A stretch of 64,000 bases of DNA, from the NCBI GenBank assembly GCA_964016885.1, contig CAXHJY010001743.1:62001-126000 (forward strand), in the 5' to 3' direction. Under the pieces are notes generated by a model, which worked only from the letters and a program-made list of their open reading frames with translations, ran no database searches and was not told where the DNA came from. Source of the stretch: Eledone cirrhosa (taxonomy: Eukaryota). The position numbers and the translations under genes are program-made. Of the stretch, positions 45,449 to 56,813 are shown one piece after another; the stretch's first letter is position 1; each line of letters opens with the position of its first letter.

Positions 45449-45730
45449 ACTAAAGGTGGAAAACTGGGAGAGGGCACTTGCCTTGGTGGTCAGGGTCATT
45501 GTGGCTTTTTACTGGGCTTTCTCCACAAATGTCCCTCCGAAGTCTCCCCCCTATTGGGGAATTTTTCATTGTTATTTTCATTGTTATTTTTGTTACATCC
45601 TCTGTTTTTTTTTTTTTTTACACGCAGAAATGCCCATTTGTACCGTCCTGCATTGTCCTGCACTGTCCTTAATGTCTACTTTATGTAAACCCTTGTGGTT
45701 AATAAAGAAATCATTATTATTATTATTATT

Positions 45731-48700
45731 ATTGTTATTGTTATTCCTTGAATCTCAGTCATTGATGTTGGTTAACTGGAAAGTCCGTTGGATTGAATAT
45801 CAAGCCACTACCTGCAGCCTCAGATATTCAGGACGTATCGGAGGGTTCTTGCCGTTCCAAGCAAGCATGCCTTTTGAAGCGTTCCAAAAAGCGTGAAGGG
45901 GCCGATTTTCTTTAACCATCCCTGGAAACCTTTGGAGATAGTCCCCAGTGCGCCTATGACAATCGGGATCACTTTGACTTCATGGCAGTTCCAAATCCTT
46001 TTCACCTCCCACTTTAGGTCCTGGTATCGGTTAATTTTCTCCCTCTCCTTCTCTTGCACTCTCGTGTCGAACGGGCAGGCCACATCCACAATCAGGCACG
46101 ATCTTTTTTCTTTGTCCACAACCACCAGGTCAGGTCTATTGTGTTCCAGTTTTTTGTCCGTCTGTATCCTAAAATCCCACAGCACCTTCACCTGACTGTT
46201 CTCCATCACCGCCTCTGGCCTATGCTCATACCATTTCTCAGAATGTGGTAGATTGTTTACTTTGCACAGGTGCCAGTGGATCACCCTGCCCATCACATCG
46301 TGTCTCCAGCCCTTATAGTGGGTCTGGGCTAGGTGTTTACACTCGGACACAATGTGAGCCACAGTCTCCTCTCTCTCTCCACAGATCCTGCACAGTGGGC
46401 TAGCCTCCTCCTTGTAGATATGGTGCTTCAACCACTTCGTTTTGAGGGCCTGCTCCTGCGCAGCCATTAGCATTCCTTCTGTAGCCTTTTTGAGGTCTCC
46501 TCTTCTCAACCAGTTCCATGTCTGTGGATCTCTAAATTCAGTTTTCTCAAAGAAGGTACTATGAAGGGATTTTCCCTTAAGGCTGCTCTTCCTCCTTGAT
46601 GTTATTTCCTCCTTGGGTATCCCCTGGCCTACTCTCCCCTCCTTCAGTACAGCTCTGAGCATTGGCTCCTTACTATAGGTCACGTATTTGTATAGGTTGT
46701 TTTTCTCCATCTGAACACAGTCCTCTATGCTGATAAGACCTCTTCCACCCTCAGATCTCCTTAGGTAGAGTCTATCGACATCACTCCTCTTGTGGAACAT
46801 GTTGTAGATAGTCAATAGCTTCCTAGTCTTGCTATCCATTTCTTTTTGTTCAGCAACATTCCATCTCAGAATTCCCGCACTGTACCTAATAATAGACACA
46901 GCTCGGGAATTTACTGCGCTTATGGCATTTCTGCTGTTCAGATGTGACTTCAATACGCTCCTTACTCTCCGAATGTATTCAGTTCTTAACAATTCCTTCA
47001 TTTTTTTGTTCTTTATGCCATCAGCCTCCAGAACGCCCAAATACTTGTATCCTTCCTCAGAGTCAATTTCCTTTATCATCTCACCTGTTGGTATCTGGAT
47101 CCCGTTACTTCTGCTCAACCTACCCCTCCTCATCACAATGACTCCACATTTACCAATACCAAACTGCATACATATATCACTGCTGAAAATACGGACAGTG
47201 TCAACAAGCACATCCAACTCCTTCTCACTTTTCCCGAAGAGCTTAAGATCGTCCATGAAGAGGAGGTGATTGATGGTAAGCTCTCCCCTTCCCAACTTGT
47301 ATCCTGCTCTCACTTTTCGCAGCACAATGGTCAAGGGCATCAGGGCAAGGACAAACAACAGAGGGGACAGGCTATCTCCCTGGAAGATACCTCTCTTGAT
47401 CTTCACGCTTCCCAAGGATACTCCAGTTGATGTCAACTCTGTCTCCCAGGACCCCATACTCCTGCCCAGCAACTCTCTGATGTTATCTGCCACCCTGAAG
47501 ATCTCCAGGCTTTTGGTGATCCAGGAATGAGGCACCATGTCAAATGCCTTTCTGTAGTCTATCCATCCCATGGCAAGATCAGTGTGTCTCCTCCTGCAAT
47601 TCCCCATTACCATCTTATCAATAAGCAACTGGTCCTTTGTACCACGTGACTTCTTTCGGCATCCTTTCTGTTCGTCCGGCAACAAGTTGTTTGTGTGGAG
47701 GTGATGGTAGATTTCCTCAGACACAATGCTCGTCAACAGTTTCCACATTACGGGCAGACATGTGATAGGTCTATAGTTGGTAACATCATTACCCTTGATT
47801 CGGTCTTTCATTATCAGAACTGTGGTACCTTTTGTCAACCACTCTGGCACCTCACCCGACACCAAGCAGTCATTGAACATGGCCGTCAGCTTCGGGTGGA
47901 GGGATGTTAAATGTTTAATCCAATACCCCTGCACACCATCTGGGCCTGGTGATTTCCAGTTGGTTAGTTTTTTGGCTTGCCCCTTAAGAGTTTCAACTGT
48001 GATACTCAAATCAGTCTGTTGCTGTGCCTGCTCACCGATCTCCCTCTGTACTGTCTCAATCCACCCTGCCTGGGCATTGTGTCTAACATCCTGCTCCCAT
48101 ATTCCTCTCCAGAATGTTTTAGCTTGTTCCGCCCCAGGGATCAAGTCGGTGCCTCTTTCTTTCCCCTCAAGCTGTCCAAACAGCATCTTCTGGTTGTTGT
48201 CGAACATGCGGTTCTGTTTATACTGACTGACTCTGTTCTCGTATCGCCTGATTTTGGCACTCTTTGCTACAATGCGTTGCTTCAATTCCTCTATGATAAT
48301 ATTTAGCTTTTTACTCCTAGTTTTGTATTTTATTTCCAGTCTATTTTTAGTGCCTATGTTTTTTAGTGTCCCATTCAGTAGTGACTCAAGCTTTCCTATG
48401 TCATTTCTCATTTCCCCGATTTGCCCACTCAGTCGCTTCTTCCACCACGGCTCTGCTCTTTCTTGTCTGTTGTTTCCTCTCGCTTTTATACCAAGTAGTT
48501 TCCTCACCGTATTTGCTGTTGCTTTGAGGATATTGTTGCACTGGTGAAGACTCCTCGCCTCAAGGTATGGGATGACTTTGTTTACCTTAGCTGTTGTTTC
48601 TTTTAACTTTTTCCTGTCTACAAATCTTAGGTTCATAGGTCTCCCACTATCATTGTTCAACTCATCTACCACTAAATTTAGGATGTCAACCGAATCTTGT

Positions 48701-49445
48701 CCTAGCCCGTCAGCATTCATCTCCTCAGTGGCCGTATCTCTGTTCCAGGTATTATTTATCTCAGTATTCAGATCATTGTCTGCTTCGGGTGGTTCCTCCG
48801 CTCTCAGGACCTCCTCACCTTCATTTCCCGCCGGCTCGCTTGTCTGGCATACTACACCCGCCATCTCCAAGCCATTCTCTCTGCTCAGTTCCTCCAGTTC
48901 CAGCTCGCTTATCCACCCATTAGTTCTTATTACCCGAGCCTGCCCGGCCAATTTTTGTTCATCTAATTTAAATAAACCAATCTCGTTCCAGATGTTATGC
49001 ATCCGTCTCCTGTAGCCCCTCTCCTTGGGGTTACTTTTCAGGTAGCATTGCATAACAGTTCTATTCAATTCTTTCGTCCAGTTGGTTCTGGCCCCTTTCC
49101 TTCTTCTTCTTCCTCCAACATCAGCAGTATTTCGTTGACAGTCAGGTTCCTGCTGCTGAGCCAGGGGGCACCTGTTGGGTGAGAGTCTGTCACATGACGT
49201 TCTAGTCTCCATTTCACCGTTATTCGAACTGTTTATGTTCGATATTTAAACACTCTTATCGAGGATTGGCGAATGTATGTTTACATAGCCATCTGTGGAT
49301 CCGCCATCCCACTTGGCCCTTGTGTGGCATTATCACCACGCTGTATACGGACACACATAAACAAACAAACACACGGGCAGAAAGGGCCCCAAAAATGAAT
49401 AAGCATAAGTTTCATTGTAATGTAGTATTCGAATGTCTGACTTAG
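45731..49445 (-). mobile_element. Full-length R4/Dong-clade non-LTR retrotransposon, copy B (5' boundary approximate)
   Basis: Single intact ORF; short 3'UTR ending gattcaagg-aataacaataac(AAT)n, tail to tail with the Tx1 element. Confidence 0.92.
45820..49212 (-). CDS. R4/Dong ORF: RT + CCHC + restriction-like endonuclease, 1130 aa, intact
   Basis: N-terminal WTKELNRTVMQCY, KSPGPDG, NYRPITCL, DYRKAFD, QGDSLSP, FMDD, CRIC..H..C, RHD, PD..D. Confidence 0.97.
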   Translation of the reverse strand: METRTSCDRLSPNRCPLAQQQEPDCQRNTADVGGRRRRKGARTNWTKELNRTVMQCYLKSNPKERGYRRRMHNIWNEIGLFKLDEQKLAGQARVIRTNGWISELELEELSRENGLEMAGVVCQTSEPAGNEGEEVLRAEEPPEADNDLNTEINNTWNRDTATEEMNADGLGQDSVDILNLVVDELNNDSGRPMNLRFVDRKKLKETTAKVNKVIPYLEARSLHQCNNILKATANTVRKLLGIKARGNNRQERAEPWWKKRLSGQIGEMRNDIGKLESLLNGTLKNIGTKNRLEIKYKTRSKKLNIIIEELKQRIVAKSAKIRRYENRVSQYKQNRMFDNNQKMLFGQLEGKERGTDLIPGAEQAKTFWRGIWEQDVRHNAQAGWIETVQREIGEQAQQQTDLSITVETLKGQAKKLTNWKSPGPDGVQGYWIKHLTSLHPKLTAMFNDCLVSGEVPEWLTKGTTVLIMKDRIKGNDVTNYRPITCLPVMWKLLTSIVSEEIYHHLHTNNLLPDEQKGCRKKSRGTKDQLLIDKMVMGNCRRRHTDLAMGWIDYRKAFDMVPHSWITKSLEIFRVADNIRELLGRSMGSWETELTSTGVSLGSVKIKRGIFQGDSLSPLLFVLALMPLTIVLRKVRAGYKLGRGELTINHLLFMDDLKLFGKSEKELDVLVDTVRIFSSDICMQFGIGKCGVIVMRRGRLSRSNGIQIPTGEMIKEIDSEEGYKYLGVLEADGIKNKKMKELLRTEYIRRVRSVLKSHLNSRNAISAVNSRAVSIIRYSAGILRWNVAEQKEMDSKTRKLLTIYNMFHKRSDVDRLYLRRSEGGRGLISIEDCVQMEKNNLYKYVTYSKEPMLRAVLKEGRVGQGIPKEEITSRRKSSLKGKSLHSTFFEKTEFRDPQTWNWLRRGDLKKATEGMLMAAQEQALKTKWLKHHIYKEEASPLCRICGEREETVAHIVSECKHLAQTHYKGWRHDVMGRVIHWHLCKVNNLPHSEKWYEHRPEAVMENSQVKVLWDFRIQTDKKLEHNRPDLVVVDKEKRSCLIVDVACPFDTRVQEKEREKINRYQDLKWEVKRIWNCHEVKVIPIVIGALGTISKGFQGWLKKIGPFTLFGTLQKACLLGTARTLRYVLNI

Positions 49446-50256
49446 TTTTTGTTTTTTAAGTTTTACTTTTTCCCCCCTCTTCTCTGTCCGTCCGCCTGCC
49501 TCTCTCTTCATTCTTATTTTCTTTACGTTTTGGGGTTTTCTTTTTTTGTTTTTGTTTTTCTCTGTTTTTCTCGTTTTTTACTGTTGTTGCTGTGCTGCTT
49601 TTGTTGTTTATTTTTTCTTTTTTCTTTTGAGTCTATCTATATATTTTGATGCCTTCCTCTTTTTTAGCAGTAGGGATTCTATAATGTGGTGGCAGCAGCC
49701 AGCTAAAAGAAGAAGTGGGAGACTGGCGGTGGTAGCGATACTGAGACAGTGGTGGTGGTGATGTCGATACCGAGACAGTGGTGGCGGTGATGTGACCGTA
49801 TTACTGTAGCGATGGTGCTGTAGCGGTGGCAGCAGTGAAGGAGTGAAGGGGTGGTGGCGGCGGTGATGGGATAATGGTTGTAATGATGGCCGTAGTGATC
49901 GGTGGTGGTTTAGTGTACACAGGTGATAGGGTGGGTGGTGTATCTAGTTTCTGGTGTTGGTGAGTTTGGCTGTTCTATATAGTGTATACAGAGGAGGAGG
50001 GGGGGGGGGGGGTTCTTCTTCCATTTATAGCCATTTTCTTTTTTGGATATACAGTGTACAATACAAAGTTGAATATTTGAATATTTGAGCCTTATAACAA
50101 TATATTTTGGGTCCGAATTTTTTGGGGCTCAAGCCGGGTGCTTTACGTAGCATTTGTACTAAGAGTTGTTATTTCACAAATGGTTTAAATATGTTAAAAA
50201 TTCAAAACTTACGGGAGCGATTTCATGACCTCCGTCACCTCGTGCGTCTTCTTCCC

Positions 50257-50304
<48 letters not shown>

Positions 50305-50306
<2 letters not shown>

Positions 50307-51923
50307 GTTGTTATTCCTTGAATCTCAGTCATTGATGTTGGTTAACTGGAAAGTCCGTTGGATTGAATATCAAGCCACTACCTGCAGCCTCAGATATTCA
50401 GGACGTATCGGAGGGTTCTTGCTGTTCCAAGCAAGCATGCCTTTTGAAGCGTTCCAAAAAGCGTGAAGGGGCCGATTTTCTTTAACCATCCCTGGAAACT
50501 TTTGGAGATAGTCCCCAGTGCGCCTATGACAATCGGGATCACTTTGACTTCATGGCAGTTCCAAATCCTTTTCACCTCCCACTTTAGGTCCTGGTATCGG
50601 TTAATTTTCTCCCTCTCCTTCTCATGCACTCTCGTGTCGAACGGGCAGGCCGCATCCACAATCAGACACGATCTTTTTTCTTTGTCCACAACCACCAGGT
50701 CAGGTCTATTGTGTTCCAGTTTTTTGTCCGTCTGTATCCTAAAATCCCACAGCACCTTCACCTGATTGTTCTCCATCACCGCCTCTGGCCTATGCTCATA
50801 CCATTTCTCAGAATGTGGTAAATTGTTTACTTTGCACAGGTGCCAGTGGATCACCCTGCCCATCACATCGTGTCTCCAGCCCTTATAGTGGGTCTGGGCT
50901 AGGTGTTTACACTCGGACACAATGTGAGACACAGTCTCCTCTCTCTCTCTACAGATCCTGCACAGTGGGCTAGCCTCCTCCTTGCAGATATGGTGCTTCA
51001 ACCACTTCGTTTTGAGGGCCTGCTCCTGCGCAGCCATTAGCATTCCTTCTGTAGCCTTTTTGAGGTCTCCTCTTCTCAACCAGTTCCATGTCTGTGGATC
51101 TCTAAATTCAGTTTTCTCAAAGAAGGTACTATGAAGGGATTTTCCCTTAAGGCTGCTCTTCCTCCTTGATGTTATTTCCTCCTTGGACATCCCCTGGCCT
51201 ACTGTCCCCTCCTTCAGTACAGTTCTGAGCATTGGCTCCTTACTATAGGTCACGTATTTGTATAGGTTGTTTTTCTCCATCTGAACACAGTCCTCTATGC
51301 TGATAAGACCTCTTCCACCCTCAGATCTCCTTAGGTAGAGTCTATCGACATCACTCCTCTTGTGGAACATGTTGTAGATAGTCAATAGCTTCCTAGTCTT
51401 GCTATCCATTTCTTTTTGTTCAGCAACATTCCATCTCAGAATTCCCGCACTGTACCTAATAATAGACACAGCTCGGGAATTTACTGCGCTTATGGCATTT
51501 CTGCTGTTCAGATGTGACTTCAATACGCTCCTTACTCTCCGAATGTATTCAGTTCTTAACAATTCCTTCATTTTTTTGTTCTTTATGCCATCAGCCTCCA
51601 GAACGCCCAAATACTTGTATCCTTCCTCAGAGTCAATTTCCTTTATCATCTCACCTGTTGGTATCTGGATCCCATTACTTCTGCTCAACCTACCCCTCTT
51701 CATCACAATGACTCCACATTTACCAATACCAAACTGCATACATATATCACTGATGAAAATACGGACAGTGTCAACAAGCACATCCAACTCCTTCTCACTT
51801 TTCCCGAAGAGCTTAAGATCGTCCATGAAGAGGAGGTGATTGATGGTAAGCTCTCCCCTTCCCAACTTGTATCCTGCTCTCACTTTTCGCAGCATAATGG
51901 TCAAGGGCATCAGGGCAAGGACA

Positions 51924-51924
<1 letters not shown>
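50305..51924 (-). mobile_element. R4/Dong copy C, 5'-truncated; open frame 50390-51910
   Basis: Colinear with copy B; long (TAA)n on both sides. Confidence 0.95.
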
Positions 51925-52011
<87 letters not shown>

Positions 52012-52012
<1 letters not shown>

Positions 52013-52316
52013 CCTTACGGGGTCGATAAAATAAAGTACCAGTAATGCACTGGGTATTTGCTGGCCTTGTGCCTAAAGTAGAAACAATTATTATTATTAT
52101 TATTATTATTTTTCTCCTCCTTAAGGGCGGTGGATTGGCAGTATCGGTAGAGGGTCGGACGCCATGCTTTCCAGCATAGTTACATCCCTTTACGATCTGA
52201 GTTCAAATCCCGCCGAGGTTGACTTTGCCTTTCATCCTTACGGGGTCGATAAAATAAAGTACCAGTAATGCACTGGGTGATTGCTGGCCTTGTGCCATAA
52301 GTAGAAACAATTATTT
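52012..52316 (+). mobile_element. Truncated plus full-length tRNA-SINE in tandem
   Basis: The truncated copy starts in (TTA)n and has an (ATT)n tail. The full copy 52124-52316 has A box tggcagtatcgg and B box gttcaaatcc. Confidence 0.88.
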
Positions 52317-52497
52317 TTCTCCTCCTTCTTCTTCTTCTTCTTCTCCACCTCCTCTTCCTCCTCCTCCCGCCCCCTCCTCCTCCTCATCCTCATCCTCCTC
52401 CTTCTTCTTCTTCTTCTCCTCATCCTCCTCCTCCTCCCTCTCCTCCTCCTCCTCCTCCTCATTCTTCTTCTGCTTCTTCTTCTTCTTATCATTATTA

Positions 52498-52527
<30 letters not shown>

Positions 52528-52529
<2 letters not shown>

Positions 52530-52860
52530 GTTGTTATTCCTTGAATCTCAGTCATTGATGTTGGTTAACTGGAAAGTCCGTTGGAATGAATATCAAGCCA
52601 CTACCTGCAGCCTCAGATATTCAGGACGTATCGGAGGGTTCTTGCTGTTCCAAGCAAGCATGCCTTTTGAAGCGTTTCAAAAAGCGTGAAGGGGCCGATT
52701 TTCTTTAACCATCCCTGGAAACTTTTGGAGATAGTCCCCAGTGCGCCTATGACAATCGGGATCACTTTGACTTCATGGCAGTTCCAAATCCTTTTCACCT
52801 CCCACTTTAGGTCCTGGTATCGGTTAATTTTCTCCCTCTCCTTCTCTTGCACTCTCGTGT
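52528..52860 (-). mobile_element. R4/Dong copy D, ~330-bp 3' fragment
   Basis: Same 3' end as copies A-C; (TAA)n on both sides. Confidence 0.93.
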
Positions 52861-52905
52861 TATTATTATTATCATTATTAATATTATTATTATTATTATT
52901 ATTAT

Positions 52906-54720
52906 TCACCCATTCATTCCTGAGATGGTCATGGTAGGGAGAGTCCTCAAACACTCCTTCCAGCAGGTCCTGTCAGAAGAAATCATTTCCAACTGCTCCA
53001 GCTGGATCCTAAGTGTGACCAGCCAAGTGTGACCAGCCCCCAAGTTTGACCAGTCAAGCTCATTGATGTTATCCAACCATATTGCTCGGAATTCCCAAGT
53101 TTGACGAGCCAAGCTCATTGATGTTATCCAACCATATTGCTCGGAATTCCCAAGTTTGACGAGCCAAGCTCATGGATTTTATCCAACCATATTGCTCGGA
53201 ATCCCCAAGTTTGACGAGCCAAGCTCATGGATTTTATCCAACCATATTGCTCGGAATCACCAAGTTTGACCAGCCAAGCTCATGGATTTTATCCAACCAT
53301 ATTGCTCGGAATCCCCAAGTTTGACCAGCCAAGCTCATGGATTTTATCCAACCATATTGCTCGGAATCCCCAAGTTTGACCAGCCAAGCTCATGGATTTT
53401 ATCCAACCATATTGCTCGGAATCCCCAAGTTTGACCAGCCAAGCTCATGGATTTTATCCAACCATATTGCTCGGAATCCCCAAGTTTGACCAGCCAAGCT
53501 CATGGATTTTATCCAACCATATTGCTCGGAATCCCCAAGTTTGACCAGCCAAGCTCATTGATGTTATCCAACCATATTGCTCGGAATTCCCAAGTTTGAC
53601 GAGCCAAGCTCATTGATGTTATCCAACCATATTGCTCGGAATCCCCAAGTTTGACCAGCCAAGCTCATGGATTTTATCCAACCATATTGCTCGGAATCCC
53701 CAAGTTTGACGAGCCAAGCTCATGGATTTTATCCAACCATATTGCTCGGAATTCCCAAGTTTGACCAGCCAAGCTCATGGATTTTATCCAACCATATTGC
53801 TCGGAATCCCCAAGTTTGACCAGCCAAGCTCATGGATTTTATCCAACCATATTGCTCGGAATCCCCAAGTTTGACCAGCCAAGCTCATGGATTTTATCCA
53901 ACCATATTGCTCGGAATCCCCAAGTTTGACCAGCCAAGCTCATTGATGTTATCCAACCATATTGCTCGGAATCCCCAAGTTTGACCAGCCAAGCTCATGG
54001 ATTTTATCCAACCATATTGCTCGGAATCCCCAAGTTTGACCAGCCAAGCTCATGGATGTTATCCAACCATATTGCTCGGAATCCCCAAGTTTGACCAGCC
54101 AAGCTCATGGATTTTATCCAACCATATTGCTCGGAATCCCCAAGTTTGACCAGCCAAGCTCATGGATGTTATCCAACCATATTGCTCGGAATCCCCAAGT
54201 TTGACCAGCCAAGCTCATGGATTTTATCCAACCATATTGCTCGGAATCCCCAAGTTTGACCAGCCAAGCTCATGGATGTTATCCAACCATATTGCTCAGA
54301 GTATATACCTGAGTCTCCTACCGTTTGGTTTTTACCCGTAAAATTAATCCAGTGATTTTATCCCGAGACATTCTACCCACATGCCCATAGTATCGGAGCT
54401 ATGATCTATCAATTCGGAGAAGTCGCAGATCTACCTGGAGTGACTCTCTGATCTCTGACCTACGCACTTCATCGAGTAACGTTACTCCAAAGACCCTTTG
54501 AAGGAACCACATTTAAGTCGCTTGTATTCACAATCGTATTTTTTCGATCATTACCCAAGATTCACGACCATAGGTAAGGGTTGACACGAATACCAATTGA
54601 AGATAGCGAGTTTAACTTTTACACCTACCTCCAAAGACCCTTCCGAACTCATTTCGACAGCTTGTATTCCACCGTTGATGTGGAAATTGTGTATTGTGTA
54701 GTAGTATTCTGGTTTACTCA
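52906..54720 (-). mobile_element. Degenerate RTE-clade (Expander/Rex3-like) LINE 3' part, interrupted by a 55-bp tandem array
   Basis: Manual translation: STLTYGRESWVM, FLQRVFGVTLLDEVRRSEIRESLQV, LLRIDRS*LRYYGHVGRM, PNGRR...WLDNIHELGWSNLG...LEQLEMISSDRTCWKECLRTLP. Confidence 0.8.
53041..54297. repeat. 55-bp tandem array, 23 copies (caagtttgaccagccaagctcatggattttatccaaccatattgctcggaatccc)
   Basis: Unit starts run from 53041 to 54251 at an exact 55-nt period, with few variant positions. Confidence 0.98.
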
Positions 54721-55636
54721 TCAATGTCCTAGACCGCATCTTGTGTCCTTTCCAGTATCCCGAGGCAGGGGGTGGCTTACACAAAGTTGACAATACACAC
54801 TTCAAACACGACCTTGTATTGAGTACATTTTATGTTTTATAACCACAAAGTAAGCATGAAGCATATATGTGCATTCATGAGAGCACATGTATTTATATAC
54901 GCATGTAATTATGTACGATTGCATGTTTATATGTATGTATGTTTGTATGTATGTATATATGTATGTATGTATGTATTCATTTTTGTTTGTATGTATATAC
55001 GTATGTATATATGTATGTAATTATGTATGTATGTGCGTGTATGTATGTGCAAGTCTATGTATGTGTGAGTGCATACATGCGTGAGTGTATGTATGTGTGA
55101 GTGTATCTTTGTACGTGTGTGTATGTGTCTTGCCACGTGTAAGGTAAATACAAATTACGCGCCCGGATCACAATTTCCTTAAGCGGCCATGTTGTCCTCT
55201 GCAAATGTCAGCAGGTTGGAACGAAGTGAATGTTAACGGTGTAAATTAATGAAGTCCGCTACCATGTTTCACTGTGGCAGGAAGAGGGGGATCGCTCTGT
55301 AAAATTTCCCGAGATATAATTTTAGCATGTGTCGGCAACTTGAAATTGATTCACTTCTGTTATGTAAGATTGTGATAGGGTAGATATTGGTATGCTCATT
55401 AAGTTAGAGGTGGCAGTACCTTGAACCTTTCCTAAACACATTGTTACGTTATCTAACGCTACCCATGTAGTATTGGTAGTCTCCTTCGTCTCTTCACTTC
55501 CAAATATACCTTCAAAGGAATAATATGATAATATGGACGATGAGGGAGTGTAAACAATGTCTTTCTTGCAAATAACTTGTCGTATACGCCGTGTCGTTTA
55601 AAACACCATTGTATATGTATATATACATATATATAT

Positions 55637-56110
55637 TACAAAGAGTCAGGATCCGGCGACTGAGCTCTTGCTGTTTCAACAGTTAATCCGTCGTGTCCAG
55701 ACTCTTTATATTTTAGCCATACTCTCTACAAATCCAAGTATCGAGTACTCTGTGGAGTAATGGTCTAACTGGCTTTAAACTGGTTCTATCCTGTTATCTG
55801 GAACTAGCTATTGAAACGGCAAGAGCTCAGCCGTCGGCGTTTCGACTCTTTCATATTATCACACCATACTACCCTAAGTAGTAGGTACAATCAAATCTGT
55901 AACTTGAAACCTTTGTTCCGTCTGCGCCTAAAGGCATAACTTGTCTCTACCTTTTTTGTTATATCCCAATGTGCACTGGAATGAATAGTATCGACCTTCA
56001 TGAGATCGAAATCGAAGTGATTTCCAGAGTTTGACTGTTTTATTCCATTGTCTTTGTCCTGTGCGCCCCCTATTTTGAATTCATATCTCAAGACCTGGGC
56101 ATGGGAGCTT
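55637..56110 (-). mobile_element. Possible Penelope-like element remnant (GIY-YIG C-terminal-like peptide + 3' region with ~50-bp inverted repeat)
   Basis: NHFDFDLMKVDTIH...KKVETSY...NKG resembles the end of PLE endonucleases. Inverted arms ~55638-55685 / ~55805-55851 contain GAAAC. Shares motifs with 6313-6455. Confidence 0.4.
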
Positions 56111-56284
56111 TTTTTAAAAAAACTCTGTATATGTGTTTGTGTGTGTGTGAAGGTGTTTCTCTCCATCTTTAAATATTCACATGTCTGTCTTTACATTTAC
56201 CTATCTGTCCATATATGTATTTATCTAAATAGCTGCAAGTTATTTATCAGCCTACATACTTATCTAAATATCTACCTAGCTACA

Positions 56285-56655
<371 letters not shown>

Positions 56656-56813
56656 ACACGGGTGTGTATGATTGTGTATAGAAGATTATATTAATAAAAG
56701 GAATTCCAACTTTGTCCGATTTACTCGTTTTATTTACAATCCTTTAAAATTTATAATGGTATTAGAATGAAATAGTATGGTAGAATATTAAATGTTAAGT
56801 GTTAATTGTTAAT

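Larger units (their letters stand above)
39683..45712 (+). mobile_element. Near-intact full-length Tx1/L1-clade non-LTR retrotransposon
   Basis: 5'UTR, ORF1, ORF2 and a 3'UTR with AATAAA at 45701. (TTA)n on both sides. Confidence 0.93.

Noticed and set aside
42079-49182. Short antisense and alternative-frame ORFs within the LINE ORFs
   Set aside because: Shadow ORFs of long coding sequences with no recognisable motifs.
36981-49445. Tandem segmental duplication of a Tx1+Dong unit
   Set aside because: Tx1 copies are clearly more diverged than Dong copies, and each truncated copy has its own (TTA)n junction. Independent insertions fit better.
52124-52215. tRNA gene
   Set aside because: The A/B boxes belong to a SINE head with an expanded inter-box region and no convincing cloverleaf.
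53041-54297. CRISPR-like regular array
   Set aside because: Units are contiguous with no unique spacers, there are no cas genes, the context is eukaryotic, and the unit derives from RTE coding sequence.
55150-55612. Possible Tigger/pogo transposon remnant
   Set aside because: Only a weak IPISTLS-like peptide and a TA-CA end; not enough evidence to call.
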